Part shown: positions 31,593-44,836 of the stretch, piece after piece
Position numbering within the stretch: position 1 is the stretch's first letter
Layout: the number at the start of each line of letters is the position of its first letter
NCBI GenBank assembly: GCA_951406725.2
Contig: OX597841.1
Location: 12,958,001 to 13,022,000, forward strand
Source: Octopus vulgaris
Taxonomy: Eukaryota
DNA length: 64,000 nucleotides
Direction: 5' to 3'
Made by a program: the position numbers and the translations under genes
The notes under the pieces: model-generated
The model's input: the letters and a program-made list of their open reading frames with translations, nothing else
Database searches by the model: none
Told to the model about the DNA's origin: nothing

Positions 31593-32424
31593 GCTTTCTA
31601 ATTAACCCACTGCATCTCTTTTATGTCCACAGCTTGCACTGGTTACACCATACAAAGTTCCTACCTGTATATATATATGGCCCTCACCGTTTGTTTTTAC
31701 TGTTTTGTTCTCACTGTCCTGTTTTTGTTACCACTTTCACCCTCTGCAAAAAATCCCAAATTTTATTTAATTTGCGGGAAGGACTATTTCAACGAAGTCA
31801 CATCTTGTTCTTACCTTGTTCAAAACGCGGAGTAGACAAAACAGGGACAACTGAAGAAGGGGAATATTCCTTATGTTGTATGTCTCGTTTCTCTGTTCCT
31901 TTGTTGTTTAAAAAATAGTTCGTTTCCATGTTTTTGTCTTTTTGTTTTCGTTTCTCATTGTGTTCAACGTTTTTTTGAACAACTGCAGACCCCCAGAGGA
32001 TCAGTGAAATACCGAATGTGCAATACAAGGGTGCTTTCACAACTCAGAGAGAGAGAGAGAGAGAAAGAAAGAGAGAGAAAGAAAGAGATAGAAAGAGATA
32101 GATAGATAGCATAATAATGATAATAATGATGATGATGATGATGATGAATAATTTGATTTTTGAAAGAAACACACCTGACTAATGGAAAAACTGAAAAATA
32201 TACAGATAACAACAAAGACACACACAATAGCAACATAGCAATTCATGTTAGCTATTCAGCAATCGAACTGTTAACAATTAAGCAACATATTGATTCCGTT
32301 CAATAAAATGTGGATATTGATTGGTTTAAGAACGTATTCAATATATAAATATAGGCTGACAATGAAAAAACGTTTTGTTGAAGTTCTTTTGTGTTGGCCA
32401 CACGACTTTTACCGATGACAGCTG

Positions 32425-32457
<33 letters not shown>

Positions 32458-32462
32458 TATGT

Positions 32463-32513
<51 letters not shown>

Positions 32514-32522
32514 TGTGTTCTT

Positions 32523-32852
32523 TTATTACGTCTGCCTTAGCAAAGGCGGAGGTATTGTTTGCAGTTGTGTTTGTTTGTCCATGGATAGGATATCTCAAGA
32601 ACCGGTGGATGGATTTGGATGAAACTTTCAGGAATGTTTGGTCCCATGGCTGGCAGAAACTGATTAGATTTTGGGATCAATCTCTTTCCGGACAAGGATT
32701 CTGGATTATTTTCCCTGTTTTTTTACTTAATTTTTGAGAGCAGTCGAGTTTCTTGAAGATATTCTCATTTTAAAAATCATCCCTGGCTAACCGTTGAGAG
32801 GGCGTTGGTGTTGCCTTGGCTCAGGTTTGCACTCTCTGAGTGCTCTTGTTAT
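32523..32852 (+). mobile_element. Helentron-associated non-autonomous element (HINE/DINE-1-like)
   Basis: 5' TTATTAC-TC(T)GCC..GGCGGAGG subterminal inverted repeat, GTTT repeat, GGATTTGGATGAAACTT core, 3' CCTTGGC..GCACTCTCTGAGTGC hairpin; TT flanks. Confidence 0.65.
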
Positions 32853-33199
32853 TATTCCAGGCCCTAACTTGTCATGGAAAATTGGGGGTGGAGTGTATGT
32901 GATTTTTGAACCCACTAAAAAGCTATCAGGGGAAATACTCTCCTTTACGGCAGTCAGCTCTGCGTCTAACATGACCCATCGTCTGAAGTTTTGACACCTC
33001 CTCTGGGTTTGTTGTCCTACATCACTCATTCAGTAAATTTGGAGGAACTGTGGTTGTACATTTGAGGGCAACAGAGAACCAATGAGGTGATAGACTTGCC
33101 TTTGAACTTTGAACATTGTTATAAATCCATGTTCAACCATCTCCTTAGGTTCACCAAACAACGTCATTTGAAATGCAGAGTTGTATTGTTTGATATTGT

Positions 33200-34025
33200 T
33201 CAGATCTGGCAGAGTTTCTACGGTTGGATGCCCTTCCTAATGCCAATCACTCTGAGAGTGTAGTGGGTGCTTTTACGTGCCACCTGCACAAGGGCCAGTT
33301 GGGCGATACTGGCAGTGGCCACACTCAAATGGTGTTTTTTATGTGTCACCTGCACAGGAGCCAGTCCAGCAACACTGGCAACGACCTCACTCAAATGTTG
33401 TTTTTCATGTACAACCGGCACAAGTGCCAGTAAGGCGACGCTGGTAACGATCATGCTTGAATGGTACTTTTTGCGTGCCACTGGCACGGAAACCAGTCAG
33501 CAGCCCTGGCAACAATCACATTCGGATGGTGCTCTTAGCGCTCCACTAGCACAGATGCCAATCATGTGGTGTTGTCATCGAATTTGATTTCGATTTCACT
33601 TGCCTCAACATGTCTTCACAATCAGAGTTTAGTGTCCAATGAAAGAAAGGTAAGCATAAGTGAGCAGGTTACACCACTGGCATAGGCCATGGGTTATGGT
33701 CTCACTTGGCTTTGAGAGGTCCTTTGCCACCAGCAGAGGTAAGAGCTCTCTGAACTTTGCCCAGGCTATTCTTGTTCTAGCAGTTACACTTTCAGCGCAC
33801 CCGCCCCCGCTACTGACTTGGTCACCTAGGTAATGGAAGCTATCAACTGCTTCTAGTTTTTCTCCCTGGAATGTGGCAGAAGATAGTCTCTGCACATTTT
33901 CAGTGTTTATTGCTCCTGAGCATCTGCCACATACAAAAACCATCTTTCTAGTTAGCCTTCCTTTGACATTGCTGCACCTCTTATGTGTCCGTAGCTTACA
34001 CTGGGTACATCTTATTACCCTGGGT
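33200..34025 (-). mobile_element. RTE-clade LINE fragment (post-RT region plus tandem-repeat 3' UTR)
   Basis: FVCGRC...EKLEAVDSFHYLGDQVSSGGGCAESVTARTRIAWAKFRELLPLL joined to the ~45-50-bp repeat UTR. Confidence 0.85.
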
Positions 34026-34061
34026 ACAATACATATATATATATATATGTGTGTGTGTGTT

Positions 34062-34109
<48 letters not shown>

Positions 34110-34325
34110 CTTGAAATTGTTTAAGTCATTTGACTGTGGCCATGCTAGAGCACCACCTTTACGGGTTTTAGTCGAAGCAATTGACCCCAGGAGTTATTCT
34201 TTGCAAACCTAGTACTTATTCTATCAGTCTCTTTTGCCAAACCACTAAGTTACAGGGACATAAACACAGCAGCATTGGTTGTCAAGCAATGGCTGGGGGA
34301 CAAACACAGACACAGGCACACACAA

Positions 34326-34367
<42 letters not shown>

Positions 34368-34464
34368 GACAGGCTTCTTTCACTTTTCATCTACCAAATC
34401 CACTCACAAGGCTTTGGTCAGTTCAAGGCTATAGTAGAAGACACTTGCCCAAGGTGCCACACTG

Positions 34465-35299
34465 TCAGTCCCATATAGCCACAACAGAAATTGCTGGAAA
34501 AAATAGGTGGGGTTGGCTGATGAAAGGAGCCCTAAAAAAAGAGGCCGAGAGCAATATACTGGCAGTGCAAGACCAAGCTTTGACCACAAAATGGAGGGGT
34601 CAACCTTTGGAATGAGCTAGTGTCTCTGCTGTGCTGCATCTGTAATAGAGGGGATGACAGCATTGCTCATATCACAAACGAGTGCCCGAGACTTGCCCAA
34701 AACTAAAAACCACAAGTTGTAGTGACATGATCAGGAATTGAAAGTGCTACATTGGAAACTATGAGAAAAGTGGGGGCTAGAGAGAGGCAAGACATGGTAT
34801 GAGCACAAATGGTACAGTGGCAGGGTTGGAGACTGGCAAAACCGTCTGGGATTTCCCCATCCAAACAGATCAGGTGCTAGAGCACAACAGACTGGACCTT
34901 GTGGTGGTGGACAAGGTGCACCACATGTGCTATATAGCTGATGTTGCATGCCTCTTTGACCCACGAACAGTCAAGGAGGAAGGCGAAAAGATAGATACAA
35001 CCCTCTTAAGTACGAAATAGCGTGGTTATGGAAAATGAAGCAGGTGAAGATAATGACAATTATTGTTGGGTCTTTGGGGACAGTATCAGAAGGGATCACA
35101 GGGAATATGAAGGAAATTGGAGTAGAGTGCCCAGTAGAACTGTTACAAAAGGTTTGCCTCCTTGGCACATGGCCAGAATAATAAAGGAGAGTATTAGAAA
35201 GCTGAAAAGAACGGATAGCATGGTACCGTAGGCTGCAGGTAGTAAACCCACCTTGCATGCAAGACTCCAGGAGTTCCAATAAAACTTGTGATAAAAAGA

Positions 35300-35362
<63 letters not shown>
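34465..35362 (+). mobile_element. R4/Dong-clade LINE 3' fragment (CCHC plus restriction-like endonuclease, decayed), (TAA)n tail
   Basis: WLMKGALKKEAESNILAVQDQAL; WDFPIQTDQVLEHNRLDLVVVDK..IADVAC; ends in ~20 TAA units. Confidence 0.85.
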
Positions 35363-35363
<1 letters not shown>

Positions 35364-36098
35364 CAGTCTTCTAGCGCCTACAGAGTACCTCAGTAGGCAT
35401 GATAGAGCAGCACAATATATTCACTGGGTAATTTGCAAAAACCTGGATTTGCCCCATGAAAAAAACTGGTGGGAACACAATCCACCTCCTGTGCTTGAAA
35501 ATGACCACATCTCACTCCTCTGGAACTTCACCATTCAAACTGACAGGAAGATAGATGCAAATAGGCCAGACATCATATTGAAAGACTTCAGACAAAGAAC
35601 ATGCCTCCTCATTGATATGACTGTCCCAATCGATATAAACGTATCTGTCAAGACCTACCAAAAACTGAGCAAATATAAAGATCTTGAAATAGAAATCAGC
35701 AAAATGTGGAAGCTGAAGACTAAAACAATACCTGTTGTCATAGGTGCCCTGGGAATGATAGCGAAAGGGGCTGATTGCTACCTAACTCAGATACCAGGAA
35801 ACCCCAAAATGGCAGAAATTCAAAAGATAGTGCTCATGGGAACTGCTCATATCCTACGCAAAATACTCTCTATGTAATCCCAAGGTTTAAAACAAACTTT
35901 TTTTATTTATTTATTTATTTTATTTTTCTTTTTTTTATGTATTAGACATTCACTAGTACAACACCAAGAAAAAAACCCCCCCCAAATATATGGCACAGAA
36001 CTTCCAACCTGTTGTCTCTTGAGTTCTCTGGGTGAGACTTGGAGCCAACTTGTACAGACATAAAGCAAAAGTCAAACATAGAATAATAATAATAATAA
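35363..36098 (+). mobile_element. Second, less decayed R4/Dong-clade LINE 3' fragment
   Basis: Open frame to 35877: EYLSRHDRAAQYIHW...LWNFTIQTDRKIDANRPDIILKD...IDMTVP...KLSKYKDL (PD-D/ExK); 3' UTR ends in (AAT)n. Confidence 0.9.
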
Positions 36099-36116
36099 AA
36101 ATAATGATAATCGTAC

Positions 36117-36226
36117 ATTAGTTGTTCCCTGTTGAAGAATTTCCTGGTGCTGTAACTTCATTTTTTGCTCAGTCTCAATGACATATCTTGGGAAGAGGTT
36201 TCTCTCACTGAAAGCAGCTTTCAGGG
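36117..36226 (-). CDS. WDR49: Host-gene exon, 110 nt, phase 1-0: (S)LKAAFSERNLFPRYVIETEQKMKLQHQEILQQGTTN; WDR49/CFAP337-like C-terminus
   Basis: cttcttcttctttcag|CCCTG...ACTAAT|gtacga. The motif resembles WDR49 '[24 protein letters not shown]' as recalled from memory, not searched. Confidence 0.7.
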
Positions 36227-36364
36227 CTGAAAGAAGAAGAAGAAGATAGTGGTTCAATTCTCAGTAAAGCTTTTCAGCAAAGATATATGTTATATATGTG
36301 TAATAGTAAGTTTTTTGCATGTATATGTGTATGTATGTATGTATGTATGCATGGATGCATATAC

Positions 36365-36778
36365 TTTTTTACTCTTCTACTTGTTTTAGTCATTTGACAG
36401 CGGCCATGCTGGAGCACCGCCTTTAGTCAAGCAAATCGACCCCGGGACTTATTCTTTGTAAGCCCAGTACTTATTCTATCAGTCTCTTTTGCCGAACCGC
36501 TAAGTGACAGGGACGTAAGCACACCAGCATCGGTTGTCAAGCAATGCTAGGGGACAAACACAGACACACAGACATATACACACACACACACACATATATA
36601 TATATGCATATATACGACAGGCTTCTTTCAGTTTCCGTCTACCAAATCCACTCACAAGGCTTTGGTCGGCCTGAGGCTATAGCAGAAGACACTTGCCCAA
36701 GATGCCACGCAGTGGGACTGAACCCGGAACTATGTGGTTGGTAAGCAAGCTACTTACCACACAGCCACTCTTGCACCT
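36365..36778 (-). mobile_element. SINE family A copy
   Basis: Reverse complement of the 29391-29795 family. Confidence 0.9.
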
Positions 36779-36945
36779 ATATATATATGAACAAGTAGAA
36801 AGATATATTTTTCAACACATAAATACTGATAGAAGAGCAATATATAGAATAAAATCCTTTTAGAGCAGAAAATTAAACACTCCAACATCGCTTGTCAAGT
36901 GATGTTGGGGAGGGGGGGGAGCAAACACACAGAAACACACAAACA

Positions 36946-37246
36946 TTGGCTTGGCAACTAAGTTCCTGCCGTTTATTTTTATTTTGGAATTTATTGCATT
37001 TTTAAATTATAGAATCTATTTTTTTTGAGAATTCTATTTTTGAATCATTTTGGAATCTTTTTTTTTCTAGTTAATTTTAGTCAATTTTTCTTTATTTTCA
37101 GATCATTAAAATGGAATGTCAATTAAAGAAAAACGAGCATTTTCGACACCTCCTTCTTTTCACTTTTAATCAAGGTTCTAAGGCCGCAAAAGGTGTTCGC
37201 GACATTTGTGCTGTGTATGGAGAGAGTGCCATAGCTGAAAGAACTC
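36946..37246 (+). mobile_element. Mariner 5' fragment (mellifera-subfamily-like)
   Basis: TIR-like TTGGCTTGGCAACTAAGT; MECQLKKNEHFRHLLLFTFNQGSKAAKGVRDICAVYGESAIAERT, then truncated by (TG)n. Confidence 0.85.
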
Positions 37247-37271
37247 TGTGTGTGTGTGTGTGTGTGTATAT

Positions 37272-37326
<55 letters not shown>

Positions 37327-37564
37327 ATGTAGTCCTAGATATACTTATGTCTCAATAATAGATGGAATGGTCATGGCTAGAATACCTGAGGTCATAGGTC
37401 CATCTCTTAGTTATAAAGACAAACACTTTGTAATATTATCGTAGGTACTAATTACAATATGGCTGTCTGAGTAAAAGACAGGATGGTCACAGCTGGAACC
37501 CCTTTGATCCTAAATCCACTGCATCATGACTGACCAGGGTTAAAGAATGATAAAAACCACTTAC

Positions 37565-37685
37565 ATTGTGTCAGGGTGCTAATGCTTGATGATTGGTTGT
37601 TTTTGACTGGCGTTGGGGACTTCAGAAGGTTCTGCTCGGCCCTCTTCAATGGTTCTTCAGACTCCAGTTCAGGTATATTGAGCGC
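37565..37685 (-). CDS. WDR49: Host-gene exon, 121 nt, phase 0-1: ALNIPELESEEPLKRAEQNLLKSPTPVKNNQSSSISTLTQ
   Basis: ttaattctttgcag|GCGCTC...ACACAAT|gtaagt; single open frame; splices in frame to 36226; resembles WDR49 '[20 protein letters not shown]' (recalled, not searched). Confidence 0.72.
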
Positions 37686-37939
37686 CTGCAAAGAATTAAC
37701 AAACACAAAACTTAATTAATTAGATTAAGTATTTTATTCGGTATCTTTTTTACCGTTTTACTTCTTTCGGTCAGTTGAAGCAGCATCTTCAATAACGAAT
37801 TTCTTGTAGAAGGATAATGACCACCCCCATGCAACTAAAAGTGGATTGACACAATACAATAAAATAAAGAACTCAACGCAGTTCAGGATAAGCAGTTCAC
37901 TGTGAGCCATTGGTAGAGAGTGTTTAACCTCGAGGATCA

Positions 37940-38250
37940 GACTTCCTAGAAAAATCCAAGGACTTCCTGGAAATTTCCGAGGCTGAGACTTCCTGGAAAT
38001 TTCTGAGGCTGAGACTTCCTGTAAAATCCCGAAGACTTCCTGGAAAGTTCCGAGGTCGAGACTTCCTGTAAAATTCAGAGGACTTCCTGGAAAGTTCTGA
38101 GGCTGAGACTTCCTGGAAAGTTCCGAGGCTGAGACTCCCTCGAATATTCAGAGGACTTCCTGGAAAGTTCCGAGGATGAGAGACTTCCTGGAATGTTTTG
38201 AGGAGGACACTTCCTGGAAAGCTCCGAAGGCATCTTGGAAAGTTCCAGGA
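37940..38250. repeat. Minisatellite of alternating 21/26-bp units built on GACTTCCTGGAAA
   Basis: Core starts at 37943, 37964, 37990, 38016, 38037, 38063, 38084, 38110, 38136, 38157, 38185, 38211. Confidence 0.9.
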
Positions 38251-39316
38251 GGTGCACTTGCAACTCCCAAAATTTCTCAGAAATGCAAGATCATAGTCTG
38301 CCAGGTTTAGAAAATAGGGTCTAAAAACTGACCTGTAAAAAGTTGCTTGATGTTAGGTTCCTCCTCAAAACAAGAATGAAGGACAAAAATTAATTTTAAA
38401 AAAATCCAGAATGCTTACTGATGAAGCTGGCCATAAAATTCCCTAGGTGTAGAAGTGGTTGTGCGGTAAGTAGCTTGCTTACGAACCACATGTTTCCAGG
38501 TTCAGTCCCGCTGCATGGTACCTTGGGCAAGTGTTTCTACTATAGCCTCAGGCCGACCAAAGCCTTCTGAGAGGATTTGGTAGACGGAAACTGAAAGAAG
38601 CCCGTCATATATATGTATATAAATATATGTATGTGTGTGTATATGTTTGTGTGTGTATACATTTGTGTGTCTGTGTTTGTCCCCCAACATTGCTTGCCAA
38701 CTAATGCTGGTGTGTTTACATCCCCATAACATGCATTCAAAAGAGTTACATCACACTATGAAAAATATGAAAAGCACAAAGTAGTATTATCCATAATAAT
38801 AGGTATATTATATCTCCCTGAGAGAGTGTATTTGTAAATTTTCACGACCAAATAGGCATGTAGGCTACACACACACACACTTCTGTTTGGCGTCCTATTT
38901 TCCAGTTCACCAAGCCTGCACACACACACACACACACACGTATCTGTCTGTTTGTGTGTGTGTGTCTCTCTCTCTTTCTTTCTCAGACTAACGCACTCAG
39001 ATAGGGACATGCATTAACAATTGAGGATAATAATTATATTGCAGCAGTGTCAGTGGTAATGGTGTTGGTGGTGCTGTTGGTGGTGGTAGTGGTGTTGGTG
39101 GTGGTGTTGGTGGTGGTGTTGGTGGTGGTGTTGGTAGTGGTAGTGGTGTTGGTGGTATTCATCCTGTATCGATCCTCAATCATTAATGCTCACTCTTATG
39201 TCATAACACTGAAATATGTCAACAGCTGCAAACAGACACACACACACACACACACACAAGTACATGTACTTTCGTATGCTTATACATATATATGAGTGCA
39301 TGTGTGTATGTGTGTG

Positions 39317-39364
<48 letters not shown>

Positions 39365-39989
39365 CATACACATACACACATATATACACACACAGACGCA
39401 CACACACACACACAAATATATATTATGTATGTATAGATAGATAGATAGGTATGAATAGAACAGATAAGAGAAGTGAGGGTAGAGAATACATGCATGCTCC
39501 ATTTGCTGACAGCTGTTTCGTAACTATTATTATTTATGTAATAGATCTTATACATAAGTGGCAATTTCTGTCTGTCAGTCTCTTTGTTACCAGCTTGCTG
39601 CCTACATGAGTGAACCATGCTTGACAAAATTTTACATATATGTTAAAAATCCAGTTCAATTATAGGCTTAATGGATTTCAATAAAAATATATAATGGGTC
39701 TCTTAGGTGAGTTGGAGTATTATTTGATAAAATGAGAAGGGTGCAAAGAGTGTGAGTGTGAGGGAAATGTGGTGGCAGAGTGAGTGTGGTTTAGAGCAAG
39801 GAAGGGGAAAACAGCATTGTGAAAGCGACAAATATGGAGTGGCAGTGGGATGATAATGTTAATACAGCAGTCATTCATGGATATACACACAACGCTGCAT
39901 ACACACTTTCGTAAATACAGATACATACTACACACACACACACATACGTACATACTTATGTCTACTATACACCATTTTAAACTTGTGAT

Positions 39990-40428
39990 TACCTGTGTGT
40001 AAATGTGCCCCCCTGACTGGCACCTGAGCCAGTGGCATGTAAAAAGTACCATCTGAACGTGGTCAATGCCATGTCCATCTGACTGGCTCCCATGCCAGTG
40101 ACATGTAAAAAGCACCAGCCAATCATATCTGATGCCAGTACCCCAGCCCCGACAGGCTTCTGTGCCGGTGGCACATTAAAAGCACCATCTGAACATGATT
40201 ATTGACAGGCTCACCTGACTGACTCCTGTGCCAGTGGCACATAAAAAGCACCCACTACACTCTCAGAGTGGTTAGCATTAGGAAGGGCATCCAGCTGTAG
40301 AAACTCTGCCAGATCAGATTGGACCTGGTGCAGCCTCCTGGTTCGCCAGTCCCCAGTCAAACCATCCAACCCATGCCAGCATGGAAAGTAGATGTTAATT
40401 GATGATGATGATGATGATGAAGATGATG
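39990..40428 (+). mobile_element. RTE 3' UTR copy
   Basis: Tandem GTGGCACATAAAAAGCACC units, conserved end, (GAT)n tail. Confidence 0.85.
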
Positions 40429-40531
40429 TGTGTGTCACGTCCTTTATTTGTTTGTCTCTTTACTTTTGTAGGATCTTCCCTGATGCTGTCCCATGTGAAA
40501 TTTTAAAATTACATCAAAATTTTCAAATTTG

Positions 40532-40857
40532 ATCATCATCATCATCATCATTTAGCGTCCGTTCTCCATGCTAGCATGGGTTGGACGGTTCAACTGGGGT
40601 CTGTGAAGCTGGAAGGCTTCATCAGGCCCAGTCAGATCTGGCAGTGTTTCTACGGCTGGATGCCCTTCCTAACGCCAACCACTCCGTGAGTGTAGTGGGT
40701 GCTTTTTACGTGCCACCCGCACAGGTGCCAGACAGAGCTGGCAAACGGCCACGAACGGATGGTGTTTTTACGTGTCACCGGCACGGGGCCAGGCAAGGCT
40801 GGCAACGGACACGAACGGATGGTGCTTTTACGTGCCACCAACACGGGGGCCAGGCAT
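40532..40857 (-). mobile_element. RTE 3' UTR copy
   Basis: (CAT)n plus conserved end plus repeat units. Confidence 0.85.
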
Positions 40858-41550
40858 ATTGAAATATTTTTCCACATTAAATCTGATTTTGTTATTTATC
40901 TGTTTCAGAAAAATTGCAGTAAAATGCTACTGAAGTTTAAAGTTTAATCAGTTTTACCTAATCAGAAAACAGGATTTGGAAGCTGGCGTTTTCTGCATGA
41001 CAGCTATCACGAAATGAAAGCAAAATCATTAAGAGGAAGAATTTTTGTTAAACAAACGAAAGCAAAACATTACAACGACTAAAGTTGTAAGAACGGATGA
41101 AGTTTTAATAAGTTTTAACGAATAAAGTCATGTGAAACAGGTGAACATACATGCAAATAATTTAGAAAGGAGAAAAATCCTCAACAAAGTCTTTCTGTGA
41201 AAAATTGCACAAATCTGTCCTGATCAAGAGGCCTATCTGTCAGGGAAGGCATGGCCGGACAGGGAATAAACAAAAATTTATACAAGACATTCTATTGTAA
41301 ACATTGCCTGGCAATGATGGGCTTTTCAGCCAGTATTGCATCAACCTTCTTAAGGATATAAAATCTATGCATACATGTGTACACCCATATATATACATAT
41401 ATATAAAAGAAAATATGCCCTTTTAAAGCCCAGCCAGGCTCATGGGCCCGGTTTCCTGGTTTCCATGGCGTATGTGTTCCCCAGCTGGATGGGACGCCAG
41501 TCCATCGCAATATATATATATAATGTGCATGCATGCATATGTATGTATGT

Positions 41551-42151
<601 letters not shown>

Positions 42152-42895
42152 TCATTATCATCATCATCATTTAATGTCCGCTTTCCATGCTAGCATGGGT
42201 TGGACGATTTGACTGAGGTCTTGCAAACCAAACTCCAATCTGATCTGGCAAAGTTTCTACAGCTGGATGCCCTTCCTAACGCCAACCACTCCGAGAGTGT
42301 AGTGGGCGCTTTTACGTGCCATTGGCACGGGGGCCAGTTTGGTGATATATATATATATCAATACACATGCATATACACACATATACAAACCCATGGGTAT
42401 GTCTTATGAGAATGTTTGATAAGATAATCCATAAGGATAGATTAGTACAAGTTAATCTTTGTCAACATGATTCATCTGTCCAGATGTTTGCCGTATATAC
42501 TCACTAGATGGTGCAGCTGTGCAGACATACAAACAAGTGTATTGGTGATCAATCTTTAGCACTGAGAGATCAATAAGAATGAGGTGTATCAGTGTGTAGC
42601 AGGGTGGGGTGGGGTGTGTTTACGTGGTGGTGCACAGGGATGGTTCATGGGACAGGTATTGATTGTAGAATTGGTTCTGTGGTGTTTGTGATGGTGGTGT
42701 TTTTGTTGAAGTTGATGTTGTTGGTGTTGGTGGTGGTTAAGGTGGTGGTGGTGGTGGTAGAGTGGCTGTAGTGGGGGTGATGATGGTTGTGATAATGGCT
42801 GTGTTGTTTGTAGTGGTGGTTGTGTCGATTGGTACCGGCTGGAAAATTAAATGTCATATCAAACAAGAAAAACCATTTTCTCCAACATCACAAAC

Positions 42896-42990
42896 CATCT
42901 CGCCAGTTTTAGGGAAGGGTGGGCTGGGATGGACTCCATTGGTGTTTAACAATGCGGATTCAGTTCTTTCATCAACAGAATTACCTACTT
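42896..42990 (-). CDS. Weak candidate exon, 95 nt, phase 1-0: VGNSVDERTESALLNTNGVHPSPPFPKTGEM
   Basis: tgtgtttattcag|AAGTAG...GAGATG|gtttgt; phase fits between 43970-43930 and 37685; no homology recognised. Confidence 0.25.
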
Positions 42991-43189
42991 CTGAATAAAC
43001 ACATAAGTGGCTGAGTACACCATAAACACATGTACCATTAAATGGACCTCATTTGAAATGCACATGCAACCCATCCAATAGGGGCTTCTATATAGTTTCC
43101 ACCAATATGTTGCAGTTATGAAGTGTAGGGTTAACCTAAGGCTATAGAAAAGAATATTTACCCAAGATAGCAAACCCTTTAATATATAA

Positions 43190-43400
43190 AGGTGTCGAGC
43201 TGGCAGAGACGTTAGCACGCCGGGCGAAATGCTTAGCAATATTTCGTCTGTCGTTACGTTCTGAGTTCAAATTCCGCCGAGGTTGACTTTGCCTTTTATC
43301 CTTTCTGGGTCAATAAATTAAGTGCCAGTTGCATACTGGGGTCTAATCGACTGGCCCCTTTCCTGAAAATTTCGGGCCTTGTGCCAAGAGTAGAAAAGAA
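43190..43400 (+). mobile_element. SINE family D (Meta-domain-like core)
   Basis: GAGCTGGCAGA..GTTAGCAC..GAGTTCAAATTCCGCCGAGGT(C/T)GACTTTGCCTTT(C)ATCC; second copy at 51748-51978. Confidence 0.8.
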
Positions 43401-43573
43401 TATAAAAAAACCCCCTTTAAGCAGTAAACCTTTTTAGCAGAATGAGAAGGGTGCAGTGTGTGGACAAGGGTGGTCCCTTTTCAGTTACTTGTATAATCCT
43501 TGTGTTCTCTCATTAGAAGTCAGTTTCCTGCACAACAGCTTTATCAGGATCCTTGCATCAGGCACACACGTGC

Positions 43574-43609
<36 letters not shown>

Positions 43610-43929
43610 CTGTGTATGAAACTTGCTTCCCAACCACATGGTTCCAGGTTCAAACCTACTTCAGGCACCTTGGGCAAGTTTCTTCTACTACAGCCTACAA
43701 GTCAGCGGTGCCATTCGAATGGCACTGGCAGCGACCATGACAACAATTCCCAGGTGCCACTTATATGGCACCAGCAATGACCAGAACTGCCATTCACATG
43801 GCACCGGCAATTGAACAGAATCTGCTCCGGCTATGAAAGTTTTGAGTTCAAAACCTACCTAAAATTACAAAAGCATAAAGGGTCAGTCAAGGAAGAGTTT
43901 GCCCTTGATTGAGGTGACTAAGGACTTAC

Positions 43930-43970
43930 GATCGATGTCTATTCTCATTTTAGTATCAGCAATTGTAAAA
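43930..43970 (-). CDS. Candidate 41-nt micro-exon, phase 2-1: FTIADTKMRIDID
   Basis: atatttccatcag|TTTTAC...ATCGATC|gtaagt; both splice sites strong; single open frame. Confidence 0.35.
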
Positions 43971-44034
43971 CTGATGGAAATATAGTTTGCACAGGTCAAT
44001 CACAAGATTGGCAGCAGATCAATGGATTAACGCT

Positions 44035-44430
44035 GTTTGGTGTTGGTGTTGTTGTTGTTGCTGCTGTTCTTTTCATTGTTGTTGTTGCCCTTTCTATTCT
44101 TGTTGTTCTTGGTGGTGGCACAAGTGGTAGTGATGGTGGTGGTGGTGGTGGTGGTGGTGGCGGTAGCGATAACAATGGTGGTGGTGACGGTCATAGCAGT
44201 GGTGGCGGCGTAGGTGGTGGTTGCATTGGTGGTGGTGGCGGCAGTGGTGGTGATGATGATGATGGTGGTGGTGGTGATGATGGTGGTGGTGGTGATGATG
44301 GTGGTGGTGGTGGTGATGATGATGGTGGTGATGATGCAGATGGTGGTGGTGATGGTTGCGTTGGTGGTGGCGGTGGCGATGGCGATGGTGTTGAAGGTGG
44401 TGGTAGTTATGGCGGTGGTGGTGGTGGAGG
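44035..44430. repeat. Low-complexity (GGT/GAT/GTT)n tract
   Basis: Degenerate trinucleotide repeat; similar tracts at 39055-39157 and 42680-42825. Confidence 0.9.
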
Positions 44431-44836
44431 TGCTATCTCACAACCAACTCACCCATCCTCCCCTGCCCATCCCACCTCCACACTTTATAAATAGAAATGT
44501 AGAACTTTATACTCAAAACATGATATTTTTACGATTTCATTAATGCCTTACCCCCCCCCCCCCCAACACTGCACCACGCCACAATACACTGCACTGTTAC
44601 ACCACCCACTGTGCCACAACACCCCCATTATGTCTATTTCCACATATATCTACCCTTTAGTGACCTTCCCTCACTACTGTCAGGCATCGATTATAAATGA
44701 TGGGGTTGTTGTTGTTGATGATGATGATGGCAGTGATTGAGTTAATGGTAGTGTTAGTAACATAAATACATATATGTCCATGCGTGTGTATGTATACACA
44801 AATATACATACACACACACACACACATCTATACATC

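Noticed and set aside
31845-31885. CTGAAGA followed by hairpin AGGGGAATATTCCTT
   Set aside because: No GAAA or stem III after the hairpin.
37940-38250. CRISPR-like appearance of regularly spaced palindromic units
   Set aside because: Spacers are only 8-13 bp and themselves repetitive; eukaryotic context; no cas genes.
44214-44543. Val/Met-rich 'transmembrane' ORF (also 39047-39295)
   Set aside because: (GGT/GAT)n low-complexity tract.
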